DNA from: Octopus vulgaris
Lineage: Eukaryota
DNA: 64,000 nucleotides
Assembly: GCA_951406725.2 (NCBI GenBank)
Contig: OX597818.1
Location: 14,818,001 to 14,882,000, forward strand
Reading direction: 5' to 3'
The position numbers and the translations under genes are program-made. The notes beneath the pieces were generated by a model. That model was not told the DNA's origin, made no database searches, and was given only the letters and a program-made list of their open reading frames with translations. Positions 25,340 to 36,860 of this stretch are shown one piece after another (the first letter of the stretch is position 1; the number at the start of each line of letters is the position of its first letter).

Positions 25340-25500
25340 TTCCCTTCTCTGGATCTTTCCTTCTCCTATGTTTCCGCCGAAGAGCTCCGCTCGAAACGTT
25401 AAACCCTCCTTCTTCCCTGAGTGACCAATAATACTATATTTGTTCCACGTCCTCGCGTTGTTGTGTTTTCTCTTTGTGTTTTCATGTTTGGATTAACTAT
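25340..25500 (+). mobile_element. Penelope-like terminal fragment with a minimal hammerhead motif, in (TA)n
   Basis: GTTT-CCGCCGA-A-GAGC-tcc-GCTC-GAAA-CGTT-AAAC (25370-25404). Flanked by (TA)n. Confidence 0.65.
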
Positions 25501-26433
25501 ATATATATATATATATATATGAATATATATAAAATGAAATCGAGGGTGAAAAATTGAATATTAATTCTATAACATCAATTTTACATCAGTGGTCTAGCAC
25601 AGGGGTCTCCAAAGTACGGCCCGCGGGCCGGATTCGGCCCGCCAAGGTTTTTAATCCGGCCCGCCGAGCTGTCCTCCAAAATTATAAAACAAATGTCGAA
25701 AAACAAGCCTTGCCGAAATCATACAAAAACAAATATACTTTACACCCCTTTTAATACGTTTGACAAATATAGTACAGCAAATAGACGCAAGACGACGCTA
25801 ATTGATTTGCCATCAATTAATGTCTTTAAATTGCGCCGGCGAATTAAAAATTTATACACTAAACTTTAGTGTAAATATAGGTTCTTTTCCACTCCCCCGT
25901 TTTAACTGACCCATCAGAACCACCATAAAATGAATTAACTTCGCTATGGAGCTACCTATCATTCATCTTAGATAATAGGCAATTGTCAGTGAGATGGATG
26001 GTGCTGCTTACAATGAAGCAGAGATTCAATTTCTAGCTTTATTGATGTCGCAGAAAAGTCAACCTATTCCGTCAACTGTCGAGAGAGCAGATACGACAAG
26101 TATGACGTTAATAAAAGTCCCGTGCCTAGTATAATAAAAGAAGACAAATATCGATTTATCGATGTTACCTACATCTCACGAGCGATGAATAGAGAGGGTT
26201 GAGCCTGACGTTGTGTGGTGGTTTCTAATCCTGGTGCAGTCGCCAATCAGCGTGGAGTAAAGTTCGATGCGCATTCCGTCAGTCAGCACAGACTTGGCGT
26301 TTTCGTTGTGCACAAGTGTGAGTCATTTGTCGTCGTCGCTGCCGAAGTGAATGCACGTAACGAGTGACCTGTGAATATTGTTTTTACTTGTTTCGTCCTT
26401 TTACATATATCGTCGAGCAAAATCTGTCGACCC

Positions 26434-28327
26434 ATGGTAAAAATGTTAGCTCAAGGAAGAAAACGAAAAATCGACTCTGAGTGTAGAGTTTTTAAGGAAC
26501 AATGGAACATAGACTATTTTGTCATAGAGTCAAACAACAAGGCACTATGCGTTATATGCACCGACACAATTGCAGTACTTAAAGAGTACAACATTCGGAG
26601 ACATTATGAAAAAAAGCATTCATCACAGTACTACCAATTCATTGGACAGCTACGTAAAGAGAAATTTGACAAATTAAAGAAGAATTTATCATCAATGCAG
26701 TTTGTTTTCAAGAAGAAGGCTGTAGAAAAAGAGAGAGCAACAAGAGCAAGCTTCCATGTTGCTAACCTTTTGGCAAAGAAAGGTAAGCCATTTACAGATG
26801 GTGAACTTATTAAAAAGTGCTTGAATGAGGTAGCTAAGGAAATGTGTCCAGAAAACGTAGATTTATTTTCCGCAATTAGTCTTTCTGCGAACACTGTTGC
26901 TCGTAGGGTTGAACATCATCATCATCATCATCATCGTCGTTTAACGTCCGTTCTCCATGCTAGCATGGGTTGAACATATTGAAAGAAATATTAAATCACA
27001 GCTAAAAGACAAAGCCAGCAAGTTTGTATGCTTTTCTGTTGCACTTGATGAGTCAATTGATGTATCAGACACATCCCAATTGTTATTGTTCATCAGAGGA
27101 ATAAATGCCAATTTTGAGATTACTGAGGAACTTGTATCTGTGCACAGCATGCATGGAACAACAACAGGCATAGATATTTTTAGAGAAGTGGAAAAGTCAG
27201 TGGCTGAGTATAATTTGGAATGGAAAAAACTAAAATGCATAACAACAGATGGTGGCAGAAATATGTGTGGAACCAAAAAGGGCTTAGTTGGGCAAATTAA
27301 CAAAGTAATTGAGAATTCCGGTGGATTGAAACCTTTGGTATTGCATTGTATTCTTCATCAGCAAGCACTGTGTGGAAAGCATCTTGATTTATCATCTGTA
27401 TTAGATCCTGTGATTTCCACTGTTAACTACATAAGATCTCATGGACTCAAACATCGCCAATTTCGTGATTTCTTGGAGGAAATGAATGCTGAGTTTCCAG
27501 ACCTACCTTACTATACTTCAATAAGATGGCTTAGCTATGGAAAAATTCTGGCTAGATCTTTTGAGCTTCGAACTGAAATTGAAATATTTTTAAATGAGAA
27601 AAACCATTCACAGGTGTTGCTCAAAGACAGTGAATGGCTCTGGAAATTAGCATTTTCAGCCGATTTAACTATGCATCTCAATGATTTCAACCTACGGATA
27701 CAAGGTGAAACTTCACTCATCTGTGATTTGTACTCAAAGGTGAAAGCTTTTCGTAAGAAATTAATACTATTTGAAAGTCAGTTAACAAGAAGCTGCTTTA
27801 CTCATTTTTCACGATGTGACAAATATAGACAGGAAGCTGCCACTCCATTTCCAAACTTGTTTGCTCAAGATGTCATTTTAGCTTTGAAACAACAGTTTGA
27901 AGAACGTTTTTCTGATCTTGATGCATGTTCTTCAAAACTAAGAATTTTTGAAAATCCATTTAACTCTGTTATTGGAGACTTACCTTCTGAGTTACAAATG
28001 GAAGTTATTGATTTGCAATCCAATGACATCCTGAAGGACAAATATAAAGAGGGAAATTTGATTGAATTCTACAAATGCCTTCCATCCGACCAATTTCTTC
28101 ATTTAAGGAGGTTTGCCTGTGAATTCATTTCAGTTTTTGGCACCACATATTTGTGTGAGAAGACTTTTTCAAAGATGAAATACACAAAATCCTGCTACAG
28201 ATCACAATTGTCTGATGAACATTTAAATGCATTGCTTGTTATTGGAACCACTCATTTTGAACCTCAGTTGGACAAAATTTTGTCAGAAATGAAACAATTT
28301 CATGTTTCCCCTATTGATCAAAGTTAA
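26434..28327 (+). pseudogene. hAT transposase, 610 aa after removing a 61-bp insertion; frameshifted only by that insertion
   Basis: ORFs 26371..26973 and 26957..28327 join as ...TVARRVEH|IERNIK... once 61 bp is removed. Motifs: N-terminal C2H2/BED-like finger CVIC...RRHYEKKH, catalytic ALDES and TTDG, HCILHQ (CxxH), RWLS, FGTTYLCEKTFS. Confidence 0.93.
26917..26966 (-). mobile_element. Heavily 5'-truncated (GAT)n-tailed RTE-type retroposon 3' end inserted in the hAT transposase
   Basis: Reverse complement reads ATGCTAGCATGGAGAACGGACGTTAAACGAC(GAT)n, matching tails at ~8025, ~8527 and ~52327. Flanked by the duplication GGGTTGAACAT (26906-26916, 26967-26977). Confidence 0.9.
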
Positions 28328-28560
28328 AAAAAACATGTTAATTGTTACTGATATTATATACATTGTGATTATGTACTGAATAAATAACCTTTTTTAATTA
28401 TTAATTCACTATTTATTTATATTATTTTGGTAAAATAAATAATTTAGAACCTTGGCCCCCGTAGCTTTAAAAATTCAGCAATGTGGCCCTCCGCTGGAAA
28501 ACTTTGGAGACCCCTGGTCTAGCATATTAAAAAACTGAAGGTTCAGTAAATTGTATTACA

Positions 28561-28692
28561 TACATATGAGAGGGATGACCACTATGTGGACAAACATAAT
28601 AGATTTGCTATGGTCTTGCCATTTCTTAGTGGTAAGACCATAGTGGATCTACTTCTAGCATTAGATTTGTCCACATAGTGGTCATTCCTCTC

Positions 28693-28699
<7 letters not shown>
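28561..28699. repeat. ~140-bp fold-back (palindromic MITE)
   Basis: Outer arms ACATATGAGAGGGATGACCACTATGTGGACAAA and its reverse complement; inner arms GCTATGGTCTTGCCA/TGGTAAGACCATAGT. Confidence 0.85.
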
Positions 28700-28725
<26 letters not shown>

Positions 28726-30399
28726 GGAGGAGCACATGAAACAGGAAGAGCTCATTGAATATATTACATCTCAGAAAAAGAACTGGAAGGTCAGATTTAC
28801 TCAATCAGGACTGACCTGGGGCTAAACAACAACAAAGTTGTCAAGAACATAATGATTACATTTAAATATTTATTCAGTGAACCTTGAAATATCTTTAGTG
28901 TACTTACATATAACCTAGCAATCTCTATTTTACTGCCTGAAATACTTGGAAGTTTTTCAGCTAAGTCTGTCTGTCTATCTCTCTCTCTCTTTATCTCACC
29001 CCTAGCTGTGTGCTCAGAGATAACAGTATACTGGGTCAAATTATTGCAAACCCTATATAATATAACACCTTCCCAGCCCCATTCACGCACATCCTGTAGA
29101 CAGACAGACAGATAGATACAAATTTACTTACTGGCAGAAAATTCTGAGTATTTGTCAATTGATAAACTTATTTTTAAACTGCATGACCTGCACTGAGCTA
29201 CTCAGAGTCTTATGAATGGCAGGACTGCAGTAAAGTTGTCATTTGGATTAAATACAAATGTTCAGATAATCTGCAGCACTTTAGCCCATGAGTCAATGAG
29301 GGTGCCTCTACATGGTCAGTCAGCATGCCAGAAATAGTACTCACATTTTCTTCAAATAACACACTGCCATTTAAAAAAAAAACTCCTTACGTCATGAAGT
29401 TTACAGTCTGTTAAAAAAATGACTGGATGGTCACTGTTGGAATAACTGATTCAAATGCATGTTCAACCAGTTCTGATCTGAAGCTAAATCCAACACCTCT
29501 TCCTTCTCCTTGTCACTGCCATCATTACTGCCATCTTCACTGTTGCTGTTGTTGTTGTTAAAGTCATTGATTTATGATTGGCTTTCTATGCTGGCATATA
29601 CTGAACAAATCATTATGATCCAGATTAGTTCTTTTTTGGCATTACTACTTTCCTAGACATGTCTGAAGACTAATTCTCGCTTGTATAATGTATGTGGTTA
29701 ATATCTTTTTCCAACCATCAACCACTTTACAGAGTGTACTGGGGGCATTTTGTCATGGCACCAACACTTGAGAGTGTCATGTCCACAACAAGTCTAAAAA
29801 GTTCTCTCAATCCTATACTGTCTCAGCTCAGTCATCAACCCCTTTTGTCAAGTGCAATGGGTGCATTTTATTGCAATACTAGCAATAAGTGAGATTTTTA
29901 TGTCCTTAACAAAACTAAGCTTTTGCATTTTTTTCTGTAGGAGAAAAATTTCAATTTAGAGAAAATTCTCTTGTGTGAACATCTTGTTACTAACTTTAAA
30001 TGAGCAGTTTATTCTATCACCGCAATCATGCACCACTTTCATTCTCTCATTTATATTTTTGCATTTGAAATAAGAAAATTAGATAATGCTGATCAAGAGC
30101 ATACCTACTTTCCTTAGATTACACTGTTTTACTATTCGGTGTGGATTTCTTGTCTGCCTTGTTGGTGTTAGATTTAGCTGTAAATGTGTATATTCAAGAT
30201 TACTGGAACAACACCATCAAGTGAATTTGAAGGCATTAGTGTGAAATGAATCATAAAGGGATTATGTTGGATGTTAACCATAAAGTGGAAACATAATAGT
30301 TGTAAAATATTTATCGGGGTGCAATACATGACAATAAAGATAATGTAAGGTCTTGAGCTCATGCAGCTACTCTATTGACTGCTAGGATATTGTTTTTTC

Positions 30400-32700
30400 A
30401 TGGATTAGAAGTGTTGCTTAAAATAGAACAGCTCCTGAGTGTGTGAATCAATGATTGGACTGGACTGAATATGACAGCCATTCAAGTGGAATTTAAAAGT
30501 TGGTATGATAATTTTTGCAAATAGTGAAAGGGGAAGATGCTAATACATAATCTTTTCTTTCTAGTAACATGTCGTTTGGAAGTTTTATGCAATGGTTTAA
30601 GTTGCACAATAACCTGTGAAACCAACACTGTTAGAGTAGCTGCTACAAATTATACTGAAGAACTGAAAAAAGCTACTGCTGAAGGGGGCTACACAACAGA
30701 ACTAGTGTAAAATGTTGATGATACTGGGATTTTCTGGAAGTACATACCTGCTAGGACTTTTATTTTGAGGCAAAGAAAAATCAGCTACAAGTTTTAAAGT
30801 TTAAAAGCATCTGATACTTCTTGTGTGATTAAATGCTGCTGCAGAGAGGCCTCTATTTGAGTATCACTTCAAGAATCTAAGTACTGTCAAGGGCTACTTT
30901 AAGTTTGATTGTTAAGTAGCCCTTGAAAACTATTTTGATTTGATGTTGAAATAAGAATGCTTGGATGACTACAAGCCTTTATCAAAACTAATTTTGTTTA
31001 AGGCCTAATGCAGGGTGGGGTATAAAGATCTCCCTCATTGTGAATGAATATAAAATGGGAACACAACCATCCAGGAAAAACTTATGTTTCTGAAAAGTAC
31101 ATAAAAAACAGTTTATTTTACTGGGTTTTAAAAACTATATTAGGCAAATGGTGGCCGTTGTTGGCAAATTGATGCAGTCGTTCGCAGAAGTCCTCCATGA
31201 CTCTCTGTATCATCTCAGGTGGCATTGCATTGATTTCCTCACAAATACTTTCTTTCAAATCCTCAAGAGTCGGAGGACGATATTGAAAAACTTTTTCTTT
31301 TAGTTATCCCCAAAGGAAAAAGCCACAAGGGCTTAAATCTGATGACCTTGCCGGCCACCCCACATCTCCCCTCAAAGAAATCAAATACCCAGGAAACATT
31401 TCCCTCAACACTCCAAGCAAACATCATGCAGTGTGAGCCATGGTTCCATCCTGTTGAAGCCATAGATATTTGATATCTAGGCCGTCCAGTTTATGGCACA
31501 GAATGTTCTCCAGCATTTCAATGTACTGGCCAGAAGTAACCATCACTGTTTCATCACCCTCAAAACAGTATGAGCCGATGACTCCAAAATCAGCAAGTGC
31601 ACACCGAACAGTTATATGAAGATAATGAAGCGGTCTTTTGTGGAGTTCATGAGGATTATGTTCAGCCCAGCAGCAAAAATTCTGCTCATTTATGTTTCCA
31701 TTGATGTGGAAGTGAGCCTCATCGATACTCAGAAGAACTGCTGCAGCAGGAACTTGTGCAAGAATATCCGCACATAGGGCTTTACGATTTATGATCAATC
31801 TGGGTTAATTCTTGAATTAACATCATTTTGTAGGGATGCAGTTTCAAATCAGCATGCAAAATCCTCCTCAAACTTTGGTTAGATATTCCTAATGCTATGC
31901 TATGCTTACAAGTAGAATGCTTTGGCAATTGCTGAACAGATGCTGTCACTGATGCCACATTTTCTGGAATTCTAACAGTCCTAGGTTTGCCAGGAGATTT
32001 TCTTTTCAATGTGGATCCAGTTGCTTGAAGGTTAGAAATCCAAAGCAAAATCATTTTCTTGTCTGGTACTGATGCATTTCGATCTGCAAAGTGTCTACAG
32101 AACGCTCACTGCATCACTATTACAGATCAGTCGTTTTCATAATATGCTTGAACAACAAAGCCACGATTTTCACCGGTCCAATTCATGACGAGTTCTAAAA
32201 AAGAAAGAGATTTTTTGAGTAATAAATGATGAATACGAAAATAATAGAGCCTAAAAACAGAAAGAAGTTTTTGAGTAAGTAATGAGTAAACCAAAAATGA
32301 GAGATCTTAGCCTTCCAAATGAAATCTGTTCCACTCTGTACTTCTACTTACTTCCACTCCAAATGTGGGAGGTCTTTATGCCTCACCATGTATTTCCAAC
32401 AAAGCATTGCTTTGTTAGATAGTGCACCAAGCAGCCCAGCGTACTTAAATTATCTTTCTGGGCATATGAGAATGGAATACACCCCTAAGAACACTTCTTT
32501 GCTCCAGTCAATGGATGAAGGTATGATTTCAGGTAATATTATCTAAGAAGAGTTCAATTTCCTCCAAGGTCGACTTTGCCTTTCATCCTTTCAGGATCGA
32601 TAAAATAAATACCAGTTGGCTGTGTGCTAAAATTTGAAGCCAATATTATCAAAGATCGTTTAAACAACTCATGACAGCCACTGATGGATAGGATAAGATA
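30400..32700 (+). pseudogene. Tigger/pogo transposase remnant, interrupted by the DD41D element and a SINE fragment
   Basis: Left of the insertion: LKIEQLLSV, KSWYDNF, EGGYTTELV*NVDDTGIFWKYIPARTFI, AWMT. Right of it: LLDSAPSSP and PKNTSLLQSMDEGMI. Confidence 0.8.
31011..32390 (-). mobile_element. Full-length decayed DD41D (rosa-like) Tc1/mariner element
   Basis: TIRs CAGGGTGGGGTATAAAGATCTCCC and reverse-complement CATGGTGAGGCATAAAGACCTCCC. ATG at 32186 (MNWTGENRGFVV..). Motifs DEAHFH, QQDG and WPARSSDLSPC(G)FFLWG, with 41 residues between the second and third catalytic positions. Confidence 0.9.
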
Positions 32701-33361
32701 GTTACACATTTTCATCGCTTAAAATATTTTAGTTATTTATATGAAAATTGTTCATGGTTACTAAAGACAAATGAGTTAAAAAAAAAGCGAGAACTCCTTG
32801 TTACAAAACTGACCAGCAGTGTTCTGTATAGTACCTGAGATTGTTCTGGTTGGGAGTTTTTATAACTCAGCACATTTTAAAATGAAATTTTGCTGTGATG
32901 AGTTTTCTTCAGTGTATATTCCGACTATGAATTCATCAATTTGGTCGGAAGAAGGAAGGTAGTTTGGAATTATGCTTTCTAAGCCTGTCTTACTTTCCCC
33001 TTTATTACTTTATAAAATACATATTTTTCAACGACATTTTTTCAGAAATACGTTTTCGGAAGTACATAACATTGATGTTTTCAAATAGATAAACTTGAAA
33101 AAGAAGTGGAAAATCTTAAAGTTTCGGAAATCAGTGGTAACAAAGTCGAAGGAGGTGGTAAGAATGATCACATCCCCCCAGCTCATATTTTTCTTAAATG
33201 GTACCAACATAATCGTAATCTACATTCTCCAACTTAGCAAAATTTCATTTATATTAGACGTATTTTTCAGAAAGTTATGAGAAACGAAATTGGTGGTGGT
33301 CGTCATTGCCCTTGTGACAAACTATGTGAATAAAATTGTAATTATGCAGTCTGTCTGTCTG

Positions 33362-33400
<39 letters not shown>

Positions 33401-33432
33401 ATGTATGTATGTATGTATGTATGTATATGTCA

Positions 33433-33510
33433 GGGCACTTTTGAGTGCTACTGGTAACATGTAACCCAGTACAACCTGTTGCATGGTCGGGTCGTCGACG
33501 ACTAAACTGG
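33433..33510 (+). ncRNA. Degenerate HDV-like self-cleaving ribozyme
   Basis: P2 CCAGT/ACTGG; P3 ACA/TGC with loop ACCTGT; P1.1 CC/GG; P4 TCG-tcga-CGA; J4/2 CTAA; P1 GGGCAC/ATGGTC with 2 mismatches. Confidence 0.5.
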
Positions 33511-33983
33511 CAACCCCACCAAGCTTGCTTGGTGAGGAGGGTGTTTATTGGACACCCTGCGGGATGAAAAACAAAACCCGTCAAAGGGCGGAGGAACTCT
33601 CGAGAGTCAACGGTCATTCAATAAATGTCTTAACGCTGTATCATGCGCAGGGACATAGAAATAATCGGACTGAATACCCGATCGCGCAGTTAAACCATGG
33701 GGAGTGAAAGACTCCTAGCCTTTGTCAGGGCATTCTTCTAGGAGAAGGTAACTCAGGAAACTGGGATAACTCCAACATAAAACCTGCGGCTCAGTGGTTA
33801 CCGATGATGTTGACTTGTTCTTCTTTTCGGATTATGGCTGCTGTTGCTTAGTGAGTGGGATTGACTCAGTGCACAGCCTTTCCTCACTTTGAAAAAAAGT
33901 CTTCTTGCACAGGCATTGCATGATAACAACATTGATTAAGCTTCGTGCAATGGCCATACTCGATAACGAGGGGGCAGCCACCA
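33433..33983 (+). mobile_element. Non-autonomous RTE-derived element inserted in (TATG)n, with an HDV-like ribozyme at its 5' end
   Basis: RTE 5'UTR-like blocks (AAACCCGTCAAAGGGCGG; TCTAGGAGAAGGTAACTC). (TATG)n on both sides; no ORF. Confidence 0.55.
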
Positions 33984-35118
33984 TGTATGTATGGATGTAT
34001 GTATGAGCAAAGCTGAGTGTTACTACTACTACAACTACACACACACATACACCGACACACACAGACGTGTGTAAATATATGTGTACATGATACACGCACA
34101 CACATGCGTGAAGAAAGTGACAGTGTGTGAGTGTGTCACTCACACATAAACTCTATAATGTGTGCGTGTGTGTGTGTTCACTTCAAACGACATACATTTC
34201 AATTCCCGCAAAACTTTAAAAGAAATCAATTTTCCAGACAAATTGTACCTCACAATTCAACACAACATACAAGAAAGAGAGAGAGAGAGAGAGAAAGAGG
34301 GAGGAAGCACAGAGAGAAGGGGGGAAAGGAGAGAGAGAGAGATCAAGGCAAGCTTACTAATCACTTTACAGCCCAATCTGGTTGGCTAAACCACTCAGCG
34401 CGTATGCGTTGATAGTTTCATATACTTTTTGTTTTTGTGCTATGTATGTGTTTGTCATTTGTTAATCTTTTCCCTAAATTTGTATTCCCCCTCTTTCTAC
34501 TTAAAAGGTAGGAGCAAATCAGCTACCGCATAAATCTTTACGAATCTCATAATACGTCCCAAGATTTTTTATCGTCCACCCATAGTCTAACTTTGTCAAA
34601 CCACTTAAGTTATACACAACACTCGGCATGTAAAGCTCTATCCTTCATACCTTAAACTATTCAATGAACTGGATACTACTTTTTACCAAGGTAACAAAGC
34701 TTGTTTTTCCTTCTTTTTTTTTCTTTTTTACATTTTTTTCCAGCAATTGTTTTGTATCTATCGTATTTTAATGTTTTATATATAGCACCGCGTTTTCGGA
34801 ATTGCAAGTTATGGTTAATATTAATAATGATCATGATGCTTAATTCATGATTCATAACAAAAACATGCTAACAATATTTTGAAAAGGAACTCAAAAAGTT
34901 TTTGTCGCAAAACCTAAAAACTGTTCGTGTTTAAAAGTCCAAGTTAAACTAAATGTATAATTTTTGTTAAGGGGGCGGCGAGTGGCACATTAAGGGAGAG
35001 TAATGGATTAAGAACGTTTTTATGTTCCATAACATTTGAGTTCGAGACCCACCGAAGTGGATTTTAGATTTTCATTTTACCGGAGCCGATTTAATCGAAT
35101 ACATACCTCAGAATGTAT

Positions 35119-35215
35119 GGCGAAAGTAAAGAATACGTACACCTGGTGTTTCGGGTTAGGGTTAGGGTTTTTGTTACGCTGAAAACGGGTGATGTACGTA
35201 TTCTTTACCACCGCC
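35119..35215. mobile_element. 97-bp mini-MITE containing (TTAGGG)2
   Basis: Perfect 16-bp inverted repeat GTAAAGAATACGTACA (35126-35141, 35193-35208) inside GGCG..CGCC ends. Flanks GAATGTAT/GAATTTAT. Confidence 0.65.
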
Positions 35216-35925
35216 GAATTTATAGTCTTTCTATGTGTGTGTGAGAGAGAAAGATACACACACACACACGTACGTGCCTATGGGAAGTATATACACGCCT
35301 ACATACATGCATTCATAGACAGACGTGTCAAATATACACCCATTCAGTTGTACGATTTACCTGTTCATGAATTAACGTGTTGAACATTCCACAGACACGT
35401 GTCACCTTGGAATCAACGTAACACAAAGCTGGATAAATATAATTCATATTTATCCTAAAGACAAATAGATTAAGGAAATCTAAGTCAAGAAAATGAAATC
35501 TCATTGAACTGCGATGCATTGGGATTTCGCAGTTTCCTTCAACTAAATTTTCTCCACAAGGCTTTTTAGTCGAACCTTTGCCAGGCTGCATGTAATGGGA
35601 TCGAACCCGGAACCACGCATCATTCTTCGAAAAGCGAACTTCTCAATCACAAGGCCATACTTCATTCAGCTCTCTGTTTATTTATCAGCATTTGTGTAGC
35701 AGGCTATGTTACTTTTTTTACTCGTCTGTTACCACCCACCTCGCCGCCTTTTTTTTATGTATCTAGAGCATGAAGCGTCACCATGGTAATTGAAAAGCAG
35801 GACAGACATTCAGTATTTGTATGTGAATATAACGTATACGTGACATGTTGAAGAGATGTTGTTTAGGCCCAGGTCTAAACTATGATTGATCAGACAAACT
35901 ATAGTAAGAGGCATTCCAGCCGAAA

Positions 35926-36125
35926 TAGGCGCGGGAGTGGCTGTGTACTAGAAGCTTGCTTCCTAACCACATGGTTCCGGTTTCAGTCCCACTGCGTGGC
36001 ATCTTGGGCAAGTGTTTTCTACTATATCCTCAAGCCAACCGAAGCCTTGTGAGTAGATATGGTAGACGGAAACTGAAAGAAGCCCGTCGTGTGTGTGTAT
36101 ATATATATATATATACACAAATATA
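35926..36125 (+). mobile_element. Major SINE 5' half, cut at the central (TA)n by the maT-like element
   Basis: A/B boxes through GAAGCCCGTCG and (TA)n. Confidence 0.85.
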
Positions 36126-36860
36126 TATAGGGTGCGGTGAATAAATTGTCATCTAAATTACGCAAAAATGACATCTTATTTTAACAGATATATTTACCAA
36201 AATACATAAAAATATCTTGAAATGCTAAGGAGTAAATTAGTAAATTTATTCAATAACATCGTTATTGGCTTCAACCACGGCCTCCAGACAACTTCGGAAT
36301 CTCCTGCAACTCTTTTGGGCCGTCTCTTTGTTTAAATTAGTGAATGCTGCCATAATCCTTGTCTTCAGTTCATCAGGAGGTTGTAGTCTGGAGAGTTAGG
36401 TGGCCAGATGTGGGAGATGATATGTGGTCGCAAAAATTGCCGGATAGTCATGACTGGGTTCTCCTGCTTATGTGGCATGGTGCAGAGTCCTGTCATCAGA
36501 CATAAGGTCTTTCAGCAGCCACCCTCTTGACCCAGAGCAGCACTACGTCCTCCAGGCACATGATGTAGGCCTCCGTGTTGAGTCTGAAAGCGTGTGGCAA
36601 AATGAATAGAAGCATAACGTCGCCAACGCTAGTGATCACTCTAAATATCAAGTTTGATTTTTATTACTCTCGGTACATGTCCTCAGATTGACACCTAAAC
36701 ACTCTGAAATGTTTGTATTGGAGCTTCCGGCGCGTACGCCAAGCAGTACAGCATGTTTCTAAATTTCTGGCAGAGTGAATTCCATCACGGTGCTGGTTTT
36801 TTCACAGACGGTGCCCAACTGACCCTACCGCACTGTGTAGTCGACAAAATCAAAATTTCC
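36126..36860 (-). mobile_element. Internally deleted, truncated DD37D (maT)-like element inserted in a SINE microsatellite
   Basis: End TAGGGTGCGGTGAATAAATTGTC. The minus strand encodes QDSAPCH and IWPPNSPDYN motifs. The second TIR was not found. Confidence 0.7.

Larger units (their letters stand above)
25600..28516 (+). mobile_element. Full-length hAT DNA transposon (Charlie/SPIN/GTF2IRD2-like clade)
   Basis: Perfect 16-bp TIRs CAGGGGTCTCCAAAGT (25600-25615) and ACTTTGGAGACCCCTG (28501-28516). Perfect 8-bp TSD GTCTAGCA (25592-25599, 28517-28524). Subterminal CGGCCCGC repeats; internal transposase. Confidence 0.97.

Noticed and set aside
26957-28327. Domesticated GTF2IRD2/EPM2AIP1-like host gene
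   Set aside because: Intact TIRs and TSD and a frameshifting insertion show it is a transposon copy, so no gene symbol was assigned.
32834-32985. Exon-like minus-strand frame LESIIPNYLPSSDQIDEFIVG...
   Set aside because: Poor acceptor context, a stop before the donor, and no family I can assign with confidence.
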